From contig JALXBF010000114.1 of NCBI GenBank assembly GCA_026991575.1, positions 1-53,544 of the forward strand: a DNA stretch of 53,544 nt, in the 5' to 3' direction. The DNA is from Planctomycetota bacterium (GTDB lineage Bacteria; Planctomycetota; Planctomycetia; JALXBF01). The position numbers and the translations under genes were made by a program. Of this stretch, positions 18,970 through 28,374 are shown piece by piece. Positions within the stretch are counted from its first letter, which is position 1, and the number at the start of each line of letters is the position of its first letter. Under the pieces are notes generated by a model. It was given only the letters and a program-made list of their open reading frames with translations. It had not been told where the DNA came from and did not search any database.

Positions 18970-19343
18970 GACGTGCTCTCCCGCAGTGCGACCACTGCAT
19001 CAGCCATGCGTGCATCTTCTTGTAGGTGATTATAAAGCCGACGGGTTCGGACTCGGCGCCACTGGCACTGGCCCGGACGCGTATGCCTGATCGTCTCGAT
19101 GGGCCGACTCGCGCCACCGGGTACGATCGCCCGTACGTCGGAATCGGTCTCGGGGGGGCACATCGGTCGGATCCTCTAGCCAGCCAGGTGAGAACCGAAC
19201 CGGTAACGGTCGTGGCCTGCGCGGTGGCGGAACGAACACGGAACAAGACCGAACCGCCCCGTACGGCTGGACCGCGGGAAGGCCTAGGGCGGTTTTCGCT
19301 ACGATAACGGGTCGTAGCGTTTGACCGCATGGAGTGATCACCC

Positions 19344-20465
19344 GTGCCCAAACCACTGAATGAAGTCCGTGTGGGGCTGATCGGAGCCGGAGCGGTTGCC
19401 GGGTACGTGCACGTGCCGGGCCTGCGGGTGGCCGACGCGGCGCGGCTGGTGGCCATTGCCGACGAAGATCGCTCCTTGCTGCAGCGACGTCGGGACCAGT
19501 GGGCTGTGGAGCGGCTCTACACGGATGCGTCGGACCTGATCGCTGATCCTGCCATCGACGCCGTCATCATCGCGACGCCGAACTACTTGCACGCCCCCCT
19601 GGCGGTCGCCGCCGCACGGGCGGGCAAGCACGTGCTGTGCGAGAAGCCGCTGGCGCTTAACCTCGACGAGGCGATCCAGATGGCGCGCGCGGCCCATGAG
19701 GCCGACGTCTGTCACATGACCGCGTTCACGTACCGGTTCGTGCCTGCGATGAGGTTCTTGAAGCACCTGATCGACAGCGGTGAGCTCGGTACCATCCGTC
19801 ACTTTCGCTCGCAACGGTTCCAGGACTGGGCAGAGACAAGCCTCGGCTGGCGGCAATACCGCCGGCTGGCCGGCAGCGGCGAGCTGGCGGACATGGCGTC
19901 TCACCGGATCGACTTCGGCCACTACCTCGTAGGACGCATTGCCGAAGTGTGCAGCGGGCTAAAGCAGTTTGTGCCCCGCGACCGCACGGCCGATGGCCGC
20001 CCGGTACCGCCGTCGGATACGGACGACTGGGTGGCGTTCATCGGTATCTTCGAAACTGGGGCAACGGGGGTCTGGGAGTGCACCAAGCTTGCCAAGGGCC
20101 GCGGCTCGGGCGCCACGGGCCACGATTTCGTCGAGGTCAACGGCAGCCGCGCTTCGGCCATCTATGAGCTGCGCCATCCGTACCGCGTGCTGTTGGGCCG
20201 GGCTGGCGAGTCCTACCGTGAAGTGGCCGTGCCGGACGAGTTTCTGAAGCATCCCCAGGCAAACCGCGATCCGCGGGCTGGCGATCCAGGCCAGGTGTGG
20301 CGGTGGGATGAGGACGTTGAGTTTATCGCAGCAATCCGTTCCGGACGCCTGCCTCAGCCGTCCTTCTTCGACGGCGTACGGTGCCAGGCCGTCATGGATG
20401 CCGTCCTCCAGTCATGGCAAGAGCGCCGCTGGGTGGAAGTGCCTCCGGATCCGTTCGCTAGCTGA
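19344..20465 (+). CDS. Gfo/Idh/MocA family oxidoreductase
   Basis: GLIGAG Rossmann motif, IATPN, HVLCEKPLA, DMASHRID. Confidence 0.92.
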   Translation: MPKPLNEVRVGLIGAGAVAGYVHVPGLRVADAARLVAIADEDRSLLQRRRDQWAVERLYTDASDLIADPAIDAVIIATPNYLHAPLAVAAARAGKHVLCEKPLALNLDEAIQMARAAHEADVCHMTAFTYRFVPAMRFLKHLIDSGELGTIRHFRSQRFQDWAETSLGWRQYRRLAGSGELADMASHRIDFGHYLVGRIAEVCSGLKQFVPRDRTADGRPVPPSDTDDWVAFIGIFETGATGVWECTKLAKGRGSGATGHDFVEVNGSRASAIYELRHPYRVLLGRAGESYREVAVPDEFLKHPQANRDPRAGDPGQVWRWDEDVEFIAAIRSGRLPQPSFFDGVRCQAVMDAVLQSWQERRWVEVPPDPFAS

Positions 20466-20472
20466 ACGCGCA

Positions 20473-21294
20473 ATGGCCGTGAAACGCTTCCCGTTCCTAC
20501 AGCATCCGGTACTGCCCGCTTGGGATGGCCACTGCCACCTGAACGGATGCCCGGGCCGTACCCCGACCGAACGAATGCACTGGCTGCTGGAACACGCCGC
20601 TCGGCTGGGCATCGAACGCGTCATCGTCTTCATGGGTTATCCGTTCGTGTATGACCCGGATCCTGCAGAGTTGACGCGTCAGAACGACCAAGTCCTGCAG
20701 GCGCTGGAGCACTGGCACGACCGGGCCCTGGGCTATTGTTACGTGTCGCCCAAGTATCCGGAGGCGAGCATTCGCGAGATCGACCGCTGCGTCCGCGACG
20801 GTCCGATGGTTGGCATCAAGCTCTGGGTAGCGGAGCGGTGTACGAGCCCTGGCACGGCGGAGATCGTCGAGCATCTGAGCCGCTACGGAGGCGTTGTCTT
20901 CCAGCATACGTGGCTGAAGGCGACAGGTAACCTGCCCGGCGAGAGCACTCCCGAGGACCTGGCCGCGCTTGCCCGCCGCTTCCCGCAAGTTCCGTTCATA
21001 TGCGGACACGCGGGGGGGCAGTGGCGGCTCGGGCTACATGCGGTGCGATCCACAGCGAATGTCCTGGTTGAGACCGCGGGAGCTGATCCGGTCGCCGGGT
21101 TTGTGGAGCGAGCCGTGGACGTTGTCGGTGAGCATCGCGTTGTTTATGGCAGCGACGCAGGCGGTCGGTCCTTCGCTTCGCAGCTGGGCAAGGTTTACGG
21201 GGCCCGCCTGAACATGAACCAGAAACGACTCATCCTGCGTGAGAACCTGCGCGCGGTGCTGCGGCCGATCCTGGAGGCAAAGGGACTGGACTGA
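20473..21294 (+). CDS. Amidohydrolase family protein (Amidohydro_2)
   Basis: DGHCH, GIKL, QH, GHAGG and YGSD metal-binding residues; ATG 20473. Confidence 0.85.
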   Translation: MAVKRFPFLQHPVLPAWDGHCHLNGCPGRTPTERMHWLLEHAARLGIERVIVFMGYPFVYDPDPAELTRQNDQVLQALEHWHDRALGYCYVSPKYPEASIREIDRCVRDGPMVGIKLWVAERCTSPGTAEIVEHLSRYGGVVFQHTWLKATGNLPGESTPEDLAALARRFPQVPFICGHAGGQWRLGLHAVRSTANVLVETAGADPVAGFVERAVDVVGEHRVVYGSDAGGRSFASQLGKVYGARLNMNQKRLILRENLRAVLRPILEAKGLD

Positions 21295-21361
21295 GCGCGG
21301 TGTCGGCCGACTCATGGCCCACTGCTGCGGTGCCCGCCGTACTTGGCAAGAGTTCGCAACC

Positions 21362-22126
21362 ATGCAGCTGATCGATGTCAACGTCTGGCTCGATTACCCC
21401 TTGCCCGGATACGAAGCCGAAGGAGGGCCGGCTGCCGAGCGGCTCCGCCAGCTCGCCGCAATGGGGATCATCGAATGCTGGGCGGGTAGTTTTGCGGCAC
21501 TGTTTGCGCCCGATCCTGAGCCGGCGAACCGCGAGCTAATCGCTACGTGTGCCGGCTGGCAGCGGCCGCGCGTTCGGCCTGCGGTAACGGTTAACCCGAC
21601 ACTGCCGGAGTTGGACCGCCGGTTCGCTGATCTGGCCCGCGCGGGGGTTCGGATCGTCCGGCTCTACCCGCCGGCGCACGGCTATGACCTTGCGGACGAA
21701 CCGTTCTGGCAGGCCGTCACTCTGGCAGCCAAGCAACGCATGGTGGTTCAGGTGGTATGCTCCGTGGAGGATCGCAGAACGCAGCCTCCGTCGGTAAACT
21801 GGCCCCTGGTTGATCCCACGCCGCTGAAGGCAGCGGCGGCTCGGCTAGCGGCGCCCGTCGTGCTCCTGAATTGTCCCGCTCGCCGCTACGGCGATCTCCT
21901 CCCGGGCGTGCGGAACGTGTTCGTGGACACGGCGATGCAGGAAGGTGCCGGCGTGCTGGCGAGGCTGATCGAACAGATCGGAGCCACGCGACTGTTGTTC
22001 GGCAGCTACTCGCCGGTCTTCTACACCGCCAGCAACCTGCTAAAGCTGATCGAATCACCCCTTCCTGAACGGCACCTTCGGGCCATCGCCTACCACAATG
22101 CCCGCCGATTGCTTCAGTCACAGTGA
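21362..22126 (+). CDS. Degenerate amidohydrolase-fold protein
   Basis: IDVNVWL, VRLYP, VFVDT, RLLFGSYSP and NARRLL match the fold, but the His/Asp metal ligands are replaced. Confidence 0.75.
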   Translation: MQLIDVNVWLDYPLPGYEAEGGPAAERLRQLAAMGIIECWAGSFAALFAPDPEPANRELIATCAGWQRPRVRPAVTVNPTLPELDRRFADLARAGVRIVRLYPPAHGYDLADEPFWQAVTLAAKQRMVVQVVCSVEDRRTQPPSVNWPLVDPTPLKAAAARLAAPVVLLNCPARRYGDLLPGVRNVFVDTAMQEGAGVLARLIEQIGATRLLFGSYSPVFYTASNLLKLIESPLPERHLRAIAYHNARRLLQSQ

Positions 22127-22136
22127 GGTGGGTTCG

Positions 22137-24824
22137 ATGTGCCGCACACCGTTCATCGCATCGCAGCATCACCGCTGTCTGCTCGCGGCGTTGATCTTGT
22201 CTCTGGTGAGCGTCAGCAACGGGAACGCTCAGGATGACTATCCGGACCTGTTTCCGTTCGTTCTGCCATGGGACGATGCGTCCGAAGGACCGACCAACTT
22301 GGCTCGATGGAATGCATGGACCGATCGCTCCATGCCCCGCGTACGTGTGACCGAGGATGGTCATTTTGCGATCGGGAATCGGCGAGTCCGCTTCCTGGGA
22401 GTGAACCTTTGCTTTGGAGCATGTTTTCCGCGGAAGTCGGCCGCCGAGAGGATCGCGGCACGCATGGCAAAGTTCGGGATCAACGTCGTGAGGTTCCACC
22501 ACATGGACACACGGAGGTATCCCCACGGGATTATCCGCAGCGACAGTGCTTCCAGCCGCGAGCTCGAGCCGGAAGCGCTTGATCGACTCGACTATCTGAT
22601 CGACTGCCTGGCGCGGCACGGCATCTACACGAACCTGAACCTGCTCGTCGGACGTCGCTTCAACCGACACGATGGCTTGCCGGCTGCCATCGAAGAAGTC
22701 GAGTGGAAGGATCAGCACGTGATCGGTTTCTTCGACGACCGCTTGCTCGCGTTGCAAAAAGAGTATGCCGCGAAACTGCTGCGGCACCGCAATAGGTATC
22801 GTGGCAGACGGTACGCGGAAGACCCGGCGATCGCGTTCGTGGAAATCATCAACGAGAACGGGCTGGTACATGCCTGGCTCGGCGGCCGACTGGACCGGAT
22901 TCCTGAAGAGTTTCTGGGGCTATTGCGTTCGCGCTGGAACGCCTGGTTGCGCCGCCGATATCGGTCCACCACGGAGCTAGTCGCTGCGTGGCGGGTGCGA
23001 AGCGATCCGTTGGGCCGGGAACTGCTGACGGCAACGCGCTGGCTCCTAGAGCGGCACGACGGGGCGCAGGCTGAATCGAGAAGAATCCGCACCAAGGTGG
23101 CGGGACGCTTCATGCCGGCACTGGTGGTTCGGGTATTCCGTCAAGGTACCGCCAACTGGCACATCCAGCTGACACATCCTGGTCTGTCGGTCCAACCGGG
23201 GCGACCGTACACGCTGTGCTTCTGGGGCCGGGCCGATCGGCCTCGCACCGTGCAGTTGGCGGTGCGGCAGGCGCATGCGCCATGGCAGGAGCTGGGCTTC
23301 AGTTCCACCATCGAGCTGGACGCTCAGTGGCGCCCGTACCGGTTCGCCTTTGTGCTGAACCGTGCTGATCCCAACGCGCGGCTCGAACTGAGCGGGCTCA
23401 ATCAAGCGGGGGCCCGGTTCTGGTTTGCTGCCCTTTCGCTCCGCGAAGGTGGCACGGTGGGTTTGCCGCCAACGGCCCGGCTCGAGGATGGTACGGTGCC
23501 ATTGGTGCTACGCAGGCAGCGCGGACAGTTCACACCAGAAGCGCAACGCGACTGGATACGGTTTTTGTGGCAGCTTGAGGATGAGTACTGGCGCGAAATG
23601 GCACGGTTCCTAAGGGAAGATCTTGCCGTCCGGTCGCTGCTAACCGGCACGATCATCGGGTGCAGCACGCCTCACTTGCAAAAGCGTTTCGACTGGATCG
23701 ACACGCACGCCTACTGGCAGCATCCGGTTTTTCCCGAGCGCCCCTGGGATCCGGAGAACTGGTTTGTGCCCAACTTGACCATGGTCAATGACGCCCAGGC
23801 CGGCACACTGTCGCGGCTCGGGCTGCGGCGGATTGCACGCAAGCCGCATGCAGTCAGTGAGTACAACCACCCGGCGCCGAACACGTACTCGGTGGAGGCA
23901 TTCCCATTGCTGGCTGCGTACGCAGCACTTCAGGATTGGGATGCGATCTATGGATTCAACTATGCGTCGCGTGCCGACGATTGGGACAGCCGGGCGATCC
24001 GGGGTTATTTCACCATTGACCAGCACCCCGGCAAGATGGTGACGTTGCCGGTTGCCGCGGCACTGTTTCGGCGGGGCGATGTGCGACCGGCTCGGCAGCG
24101 CGTCCTGGTGGGCTTGTCCGAAAGGCAAGAGCGTGCGTTGCTTGTTGACGCCCGCCCCTGGCAGTTGGTGCACGCCGGCTTGCTTGGCGTCGAGCCGCAG
24201 GCCGTCTTACGGCACCGGGTCCAACTGGATCTGACGGCCGCGGGCGAGCGGGCAGGACAGCTCAGCGGAGCGGCACGCGGCCGGACGGTGCAGGCTGATA
24301 CGGGTGAGCTGCTCTGGGATCGTCGCCGGCCTGACCGTGGCTATGTCCTGGTCAAGACGCGGCGAACGAAGGCAATCATCGGGTTCGCTCCGAAAGCGGT
24401 GGACCTGGACGGCGTACGGATCGAGGCGGTCAGGAGCATGCAGCGCGGCTGGGCTGTCCTTGCGCTGTCGGCCCTGGATGGTGAGCTACCTGATGGCCGT
24501 GGGCCGCGGGGCCCGTTCCGGGCGCTGTTGGTTGCGGTCGGGTTGGTGCAAAACAGGGGGATGCGCTGGGTGGTCGACCCGCGGCATGACCCGCTGCATG
24601 CGAGCCTGGGGCGGCACTGGGGTGGGCCGCCGACATTGGTGGAGGGCATTGAAGGAAGGCTGTCCCTGCCGGCGGCAGCGGGCGCCGGTCGGTATCGCGT
24701 GTACGCCCTCGATGAGCGGGGTGGTTGCCGCGACGCGTTGCCCGTTGACCGGACCGGCGACCGGGTGACTTTTGAGATTGGGCCGGAGCACCGCACGTTA
24801 TGGTACTTGGTCGAGTTGCAGTAG
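22137..24824 (+). CDS. Secreted clan GH-A (GH5-like) glycoside hydrolase with inserted CBM4/9-like module
   Basis: Signal peptide; RFLGVN, VRFHHMD, EIINENG (acid/base); CBM-like WHIQL..PGRPYTLCFW; DTHAYWQHP and VSEYNHP (nucleophile). Confidence 0.8.
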   Translation: MCRTPFIASQHHRCLLAALILSLVSVSNGNAQDDYPDLFPFVLPWDDASEGPTNLARWNAWTDRSMPRVRVTEDGHFAIGNRRVRFLGVNLCFGACFPRKSAAERIAARMAKFGINVVRFHHMDTRRYPHGIIRSDSASSRELEPEALDRLDYLIDCLARHGIYTNLNLLVGRRFNRHDGLPAAIEEVEWKDQHVIGFFDDRLLALQKEYAAKLLRHRNRYRGRRYAEDPAIAFVEIINENGLVHAWLGGRLDRIPEEFLGLLRSRWNAWLRRRYRSTTELVAAWRVRSDPLGRELLTATRWLLERHDGAQAESRRIRTKVAGRFMPALVVRVFRQGTANWHIQLTHPGLSVQPGRPYTLCFWGRADRPRTVQLAVRQAHAPWQELGFSSTIELDAQWRPYRFAFVLNRADPNARLELSGLNQAGARFWFAALSLREGGTVGLPPTARLEDGTVPLVLRRQRGQFTPEAQRDWIRFLWQLEDEYWREMARFLREDLAVRSLLTGTIIGCSTPHLQKRFDWIDTHAYWQHPVFPERPWDPENWFVPNLTMVNDAQAGTLSRLGLRRIARKPHAVSEYNHPAPNTYSVEAFPLLAAYAALQDWDAIYGFNYASRADDWDSRAIRGYFTIDQHPGKMVTLPVAAALFRRGDVRPARQRVLVGLSERQERALLVDARPWQLVHAGLLGVEPQAVLRHRVQLDLTAAGERAGQLSGAARGRTVQADTGELLWDRRRPDRGYVLVKTRRTKAIIGFAPKAVDLDGVRIEAVRSMQRGWAVLALSALDGELPDGRGPRGPFRALLVAVGLVQNRGMRWVVDPRHDPLHASLGRHWGGPPTLVEGIEGRLSLPAAAGAGRYRVYALDERGGCRDALPVDRTGDRVTFEIGPEHRTLWYLVELQ

Positions 24825-24940
24825 CGGCGAAACGAGCCGGTGACAGCTACCGTGGGTTCTTGGCGATGTGGCCTTGTTGCTGCGGCGCACGCGGTGTGGG
24901 CGCTCTACCCCGGTAGCTACCTCCGGTTCCCCTGACGCGG

Positions 24941-25495
24941 TCATCGGCCCGGAATGGGGTTTTCCGGAGCAGTAGTGTTGTCGTTGCGGAGCAAGTCCAG
25001 GTAGGCCACGCCAATCCGCGGCTCCTGGGCCAGTCCGAGCTGCTGCAGCAGGAGTTCGGTTTCCGCACGCGCCTGGGCTACCGCGTCCGGTCCGTCGCCG
25101 ATGGCCGTTTCCAGTTCGATGAACTGCCCCAGACCGTCGACGCGATCTAAGTGGATTCGCGTCCGACGGATAAGGTAGACAGTGCGTGTCTTGCGCACGA
25201 TGCCTTCCAGCGGCAGGCAGCAGAGCAGAACGCGCTTGAGCTGTTCGGGGGTTGCGGTCCGATAACTGTGATACTCAGAGATACGGGCCGCGGGCGTGTC
25301 AGGTCGATGGTACGCGATTAGCTCGGCGGTTGCGGGTGGTTGGATACGGAGTTTCAGGCGGCCCGCCGGTACGGCGAAGAAGTAATCCTCCTGGTGCAGA
25401 TCGGCGGCACGGTGCGCCAGTGAGTCGAGCGTCTGTTGCACGGTCTGGAACTGCTCGTGGCTGAGGCGGATTTTGACTTCGTTGTTGCGTGGCAC
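24941..25495 (-). CDS. cyaB: Class IV adenylate cyclase / CYTH domain protein
   Basis: NEVK (ExExK variant), QEDYFF, RLKLR, RKTR, HLDRVDGLGQFIELE, AYLDLL. Confidence 0.85.
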   Translation of the reverse strand: MPRNNEVKIRLSHEQFQTVQQTLDSLAHRAADLHQEDYFFAVPAGRLKLRIQPPATAELIAYHRPDTPAARISEYHSYRTATPEQLKRVLLCCLPLEGIVRKTRTVYLIRRTRIHLDRVDGLGQFIELETAIGDGPDAVAQARAETELLLQQLGLAQEPRIGVAYLDLLRNDNTTAPENPIPGR

Positions 25496-25897
25496 TGCAG
25501 CACTCCTGAGTGAGTGTCCTGGCCGAAGCGCCCGTTACGGCGCGCCGCGCGCACGGGTTCCCGCACGGTTCCGTCCTGGACACGGGCGGCCGCAGCGAGT
25601 ATCGTACCGAGAATGCGGTGGGCTGTCAGAGCGTGGTCAGCCGGCGCGCTGCAGAGAACGTCGGCTGTGCTTCTTCGACGCGCGCTGTGCAAGCCGGTGT
25701 GCGGAAGCGAGCCGCGCCGGGATCCCGGACGCAGGCGGCCATCGTGGCCGAGTGCTTGCGGGGGGGCCTGGCGCATGGCCGTGGCGGCGCGTCGGTGGCC
25801 GCAACCGAAGCAGGGGCAATGACCGACGGTCGGCAGGCGCGGACTTGGGCTCGCTGCCCCGCGTGCGGGCTGTTGGAGCGCGAGCGTCCGTTCCTGG

Positions 25898-25914
25898 TTG
25901 GCACAAAGCTTGCT
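25898..25914 (+). promoter_or_regulatory. Sigma54 (-24/-12) promoter of the nap-Rieske/cytb-hao operon
   Basis: TTGGCACAAAGCTTGCT matches TGGCAC-N5-TTGCW exactly, about 70 bp upstream of the napA ATG, within a long intergenic region. Confidence 0.8.
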
Positions 25915-25984
25915 GTCAGCCCATGTGAGCTTATGTCGGCGGGTTGGGTGTGAGCCTGGTGGGCTGTGCCCCAAGGGAGGCGCC

Positions 25985-28318
25985 ATGGCAGTAACGCGGC
26001 GAGAATTCCTCGGAAGCACGTTGGCTGCGACGGCGGCGGCGACGGCATCAACCAGTCTTCTGGTCAGTTGTGCCCAACAGCAAGAAGACCTCAAACGCAT
26101 CGACCTCTCCGGAGTGACGTGGAAGAAGGGGGTGTGCCGTTTCTGCGGTACTGGCTGCGGCGTGTTAGTCGGGGTCAAGGACAATCGCGTCGTGGCCGTG
26201 CAGGGCGATCCGGAGAATCCCGTCAACCGTGGCTTGCTATGTGTGAAAGGGTACCATGCGCCGCTGATCCTCTACGGCGCGGACCGGCTCACAAAGCCGT
26301 TGATCCGGCGCAACGGCAAGTTGGAACCGGCTAGCTGGGACGAGGCGCTTGACCTGATCGCAACCCGTTGGAAGGAGATCATCGAGAAGCACGGCCCGGA
26401 TGCCGTGGCGTTCTATGGGTCGGGCCAGTGGACGATTGAAGAGGGGTATGCGGCGCTGAAGCTGATGAAAGCGTGCATTGGCACGAACAACATCGAGGCC
26501 AATGCGCGGCTGTGTATGGCCAGTGCCGTGATGGGGTTCATGACCACGTTCGGCTCGGATGAGCCGATGGGCTGTTACGACGATTTCGAGAAGGCCGACG
26601 TGTTCGTCTGCTGGGGGAACAACTCCGCGGAAATGCACCCCGTGTTGTTTTCACGCATGACCATGGCGCGCGAAACGCGGCAGGGGGTTCGCCTGGTCGA
26701 CATCGCGCCGCGCCGAACACGCACCAGCGAAGTGGCCGACCTGTTCGTACAGATCCGGCCGCACACCGACTTGGCACTGGCTAACGGAATAGCCTATCTG
26801 CTGGTCCATCGCGGTTATATCGACCGCGAGTTTATCGAGAAGCACGTCGTGTTCAAGCGAGGCAAGACAGACATCGGGTACGGGACGGAGGACGGGTTCA
26901 AGTTCAAGGATCAGCCAGAGCGGATCACGTTCGACGAGTACGTGGCCTTCCTCGATGACTACAAGCCGCAGCGGGTTGCTGAGCTGTGTGGTGTGAAGGT
27001 GGCACGGATCGAGGAGCTCGCCCAGATTTATGGCGACCCGGCCACGAAGGTCGTTTCGTTGTGGTGCATGGGGGTGAACCAGCACGTCCGTGGCACCTGG
27101 ATGAACAACCTGATCTACAACCTGCACCTACTCACCGGCAAGATCTGTAAGCCGGGCAGCAATCCGCTGTCGCTCACCGGACAGCCCAGCGCGTGCGGCA
27201 CGGTGCGCGAGGTGGGAACGTTGTGCAATCGGCTTCCGGCTGACATGCTGGTTACCAATCCAGAGCATCGCAAGAAGGCGGCCGAAATCTGGGGCATTCC
27301 CGAGGAAAAGATCCCCGCTAAGGTCGGCTATCACACCGTGGAGATGTTCCGGGCGCTGGACCGGGGCGAGATCAAGTCGATCTGGATTCAGGTCACAAAT
27401 CCAGCTCAGACTCTGCCCAACGCGTCCCGGTACATCGAGGCAATGAAACGTCCGGACACGTTCATCATCGTTTCGGATGTCTATCCGACCGAGACGACCG
27501 AGGTGGCCGACGTGGTGTTGCCTTCTGCCTTGTGGGTGGAGAAGACGGGACTGTACGGGAACACGGAGCGGCGCACGCAGCACTGGGAAAAGATGGTTGA
27601 CCCGCCTGGAGAAGCGAAGCCGGACGTGTGGCAGATTGTCGAAGTGGCCCGTCGGATGGGCTACGGTCACATGTTTGACTTTGGTGGCAAACCGCTCGAG
27701 GAGGGGCTATTCGAAGAGTACCGCAAGTTCACACTGGGGACCGGCAAAGACCTGGCTCCTTATGAGGTCTACAAGCGCGTCCGCGGTCTGCGCTGGCCGG
27801 TGGTCAACGGCAAGGAGACGCCGTACCGCTACGTCGAGGGCTATGACCCGTACGTGCCGAAGGGTGCTGGGATCAGCTTTTACAAGAACAAGAAGGATGG
27901 CGGTCGTGCAGTGATCTGGGCGCGGCCGTACGAGCCGCCGGCCGAAGAGCCGGATGAAGAGTATCCGTTCTGGCTGACCACGGGCCGGGTGTTGGAGCAC
28001 TGGCACACCGGCACGATGACACGGCGCGTGCCTCAGCTCTACCGGGCTGTGCCGGAGGCGTATTGTGAGCTTCATCCGGACGATGCTCGGGAACTGCAGA
28101 TTGCCACCGGCGATCTCGTCAGGGTTGTGTCGCGGCGCGGGTCACTTCAGTTGCGCGCGAAGGTTGGCGGTCGAGGTACGCCGCAGCGCGGCATGGTGTT
28201 CATTCCGTTCTTTGATGAGGAGAAGTTAGTCAACCTGCTTACCCTTGACGCCTTCTGCCCGATTTCCAAGGAGCCGGACTACAAGAAGTGTGCGGTGCGG
28301 GTGGAGAAGGTCGGCTAG
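25985..28318 (+). CDS. napA: Periplasmic nitrate reductase catalytic subunit (Mo-bisPGD, 4Fe-4S)
   Basis: GGAGG RBS; Tat motif TRREFL; CRFCGTGC...C cluster; GSGQWT, NARLCMASA, DEPMGCYDD, GVNQH, SLTGQPSACGT, GRVLEHWHTGTMT, CPISKEPDYKKCAV. Confidence 0.95.
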   Translation: MAVTRREFLGSTLAATAAATASTSLLVSCAQQQEDLKRIDLSGVTWKKGVCRFCGTGCGVLVGVKDNRVVAVQGDPENPVNRGLLCVKGYHAPLILYGADRLTKPLIRRNGKLEPASWDEALDLIATRWKEIIEKHGPDAVAFYGSGQWTIEEGYAALKLMKACIGTNNIEANARLCMASAVMGFMTTFGSDEPMGCYDDFEKADVFVCWGNNSAEMHPVLFSRMTMARETRQGVRLVDIAPRRTRTSEVADLFVQIRPHTDLALANGIAYLLVHRGYIDREFIEKHVVFKRGKTDIGYGTEDGFKFKDQPERITFDEYVAFLDDYKPQRVAELCGVKVARIEELAQIYGDPATKVVSLWCMGVNQHVRGTWMNNLIYNLHLLTGKICKPGSNPLSLTGQPSACGTVREVGTLCNRLPADMLVTNPEHRKKAAEIWGIPEEKIPAKVGYHTVEMFRALDRGEIKSIWIQVTNPAQTLPNASRYIEAMKRPDTFIIVSDVYPTETTEVADVVLPSALWVEKTGLYGNTERRTQHWEKMVDPPGEAKPDVWQIVEVARRMGYGHMFDFGGKPLEEGLFEEYRKFTLGTGKDLAPYEVYKRVRGLRWPVVNGKETPYRYVEGYDPYVPKGAGISFYKNKKDGGRAVIWARPYEPPAEEPDEEYPFWLTTGRVLEHWHTGTMTRRVPQLYRAVPEAYCELHPDDARELQIATGDLVRVVSRRGSLQLRAKVGGRGTPQRGMVFIPFFDEEKLVNLLTLDAFCPISKEPDYKKCAVRVEKVG

Positions 28319-28374
28319 CGTCGTATCCCTGCCTGGGTCCGGTTCGTGTCGGGCTGTTGTGAGGAACGATACCG

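Noticed and set aside
25510..25953. 147-aa ORF upstream of napA as a possible napD/napF
   Set aside because: No recognisable motifs, and it overlaps the sigma54 promoter.
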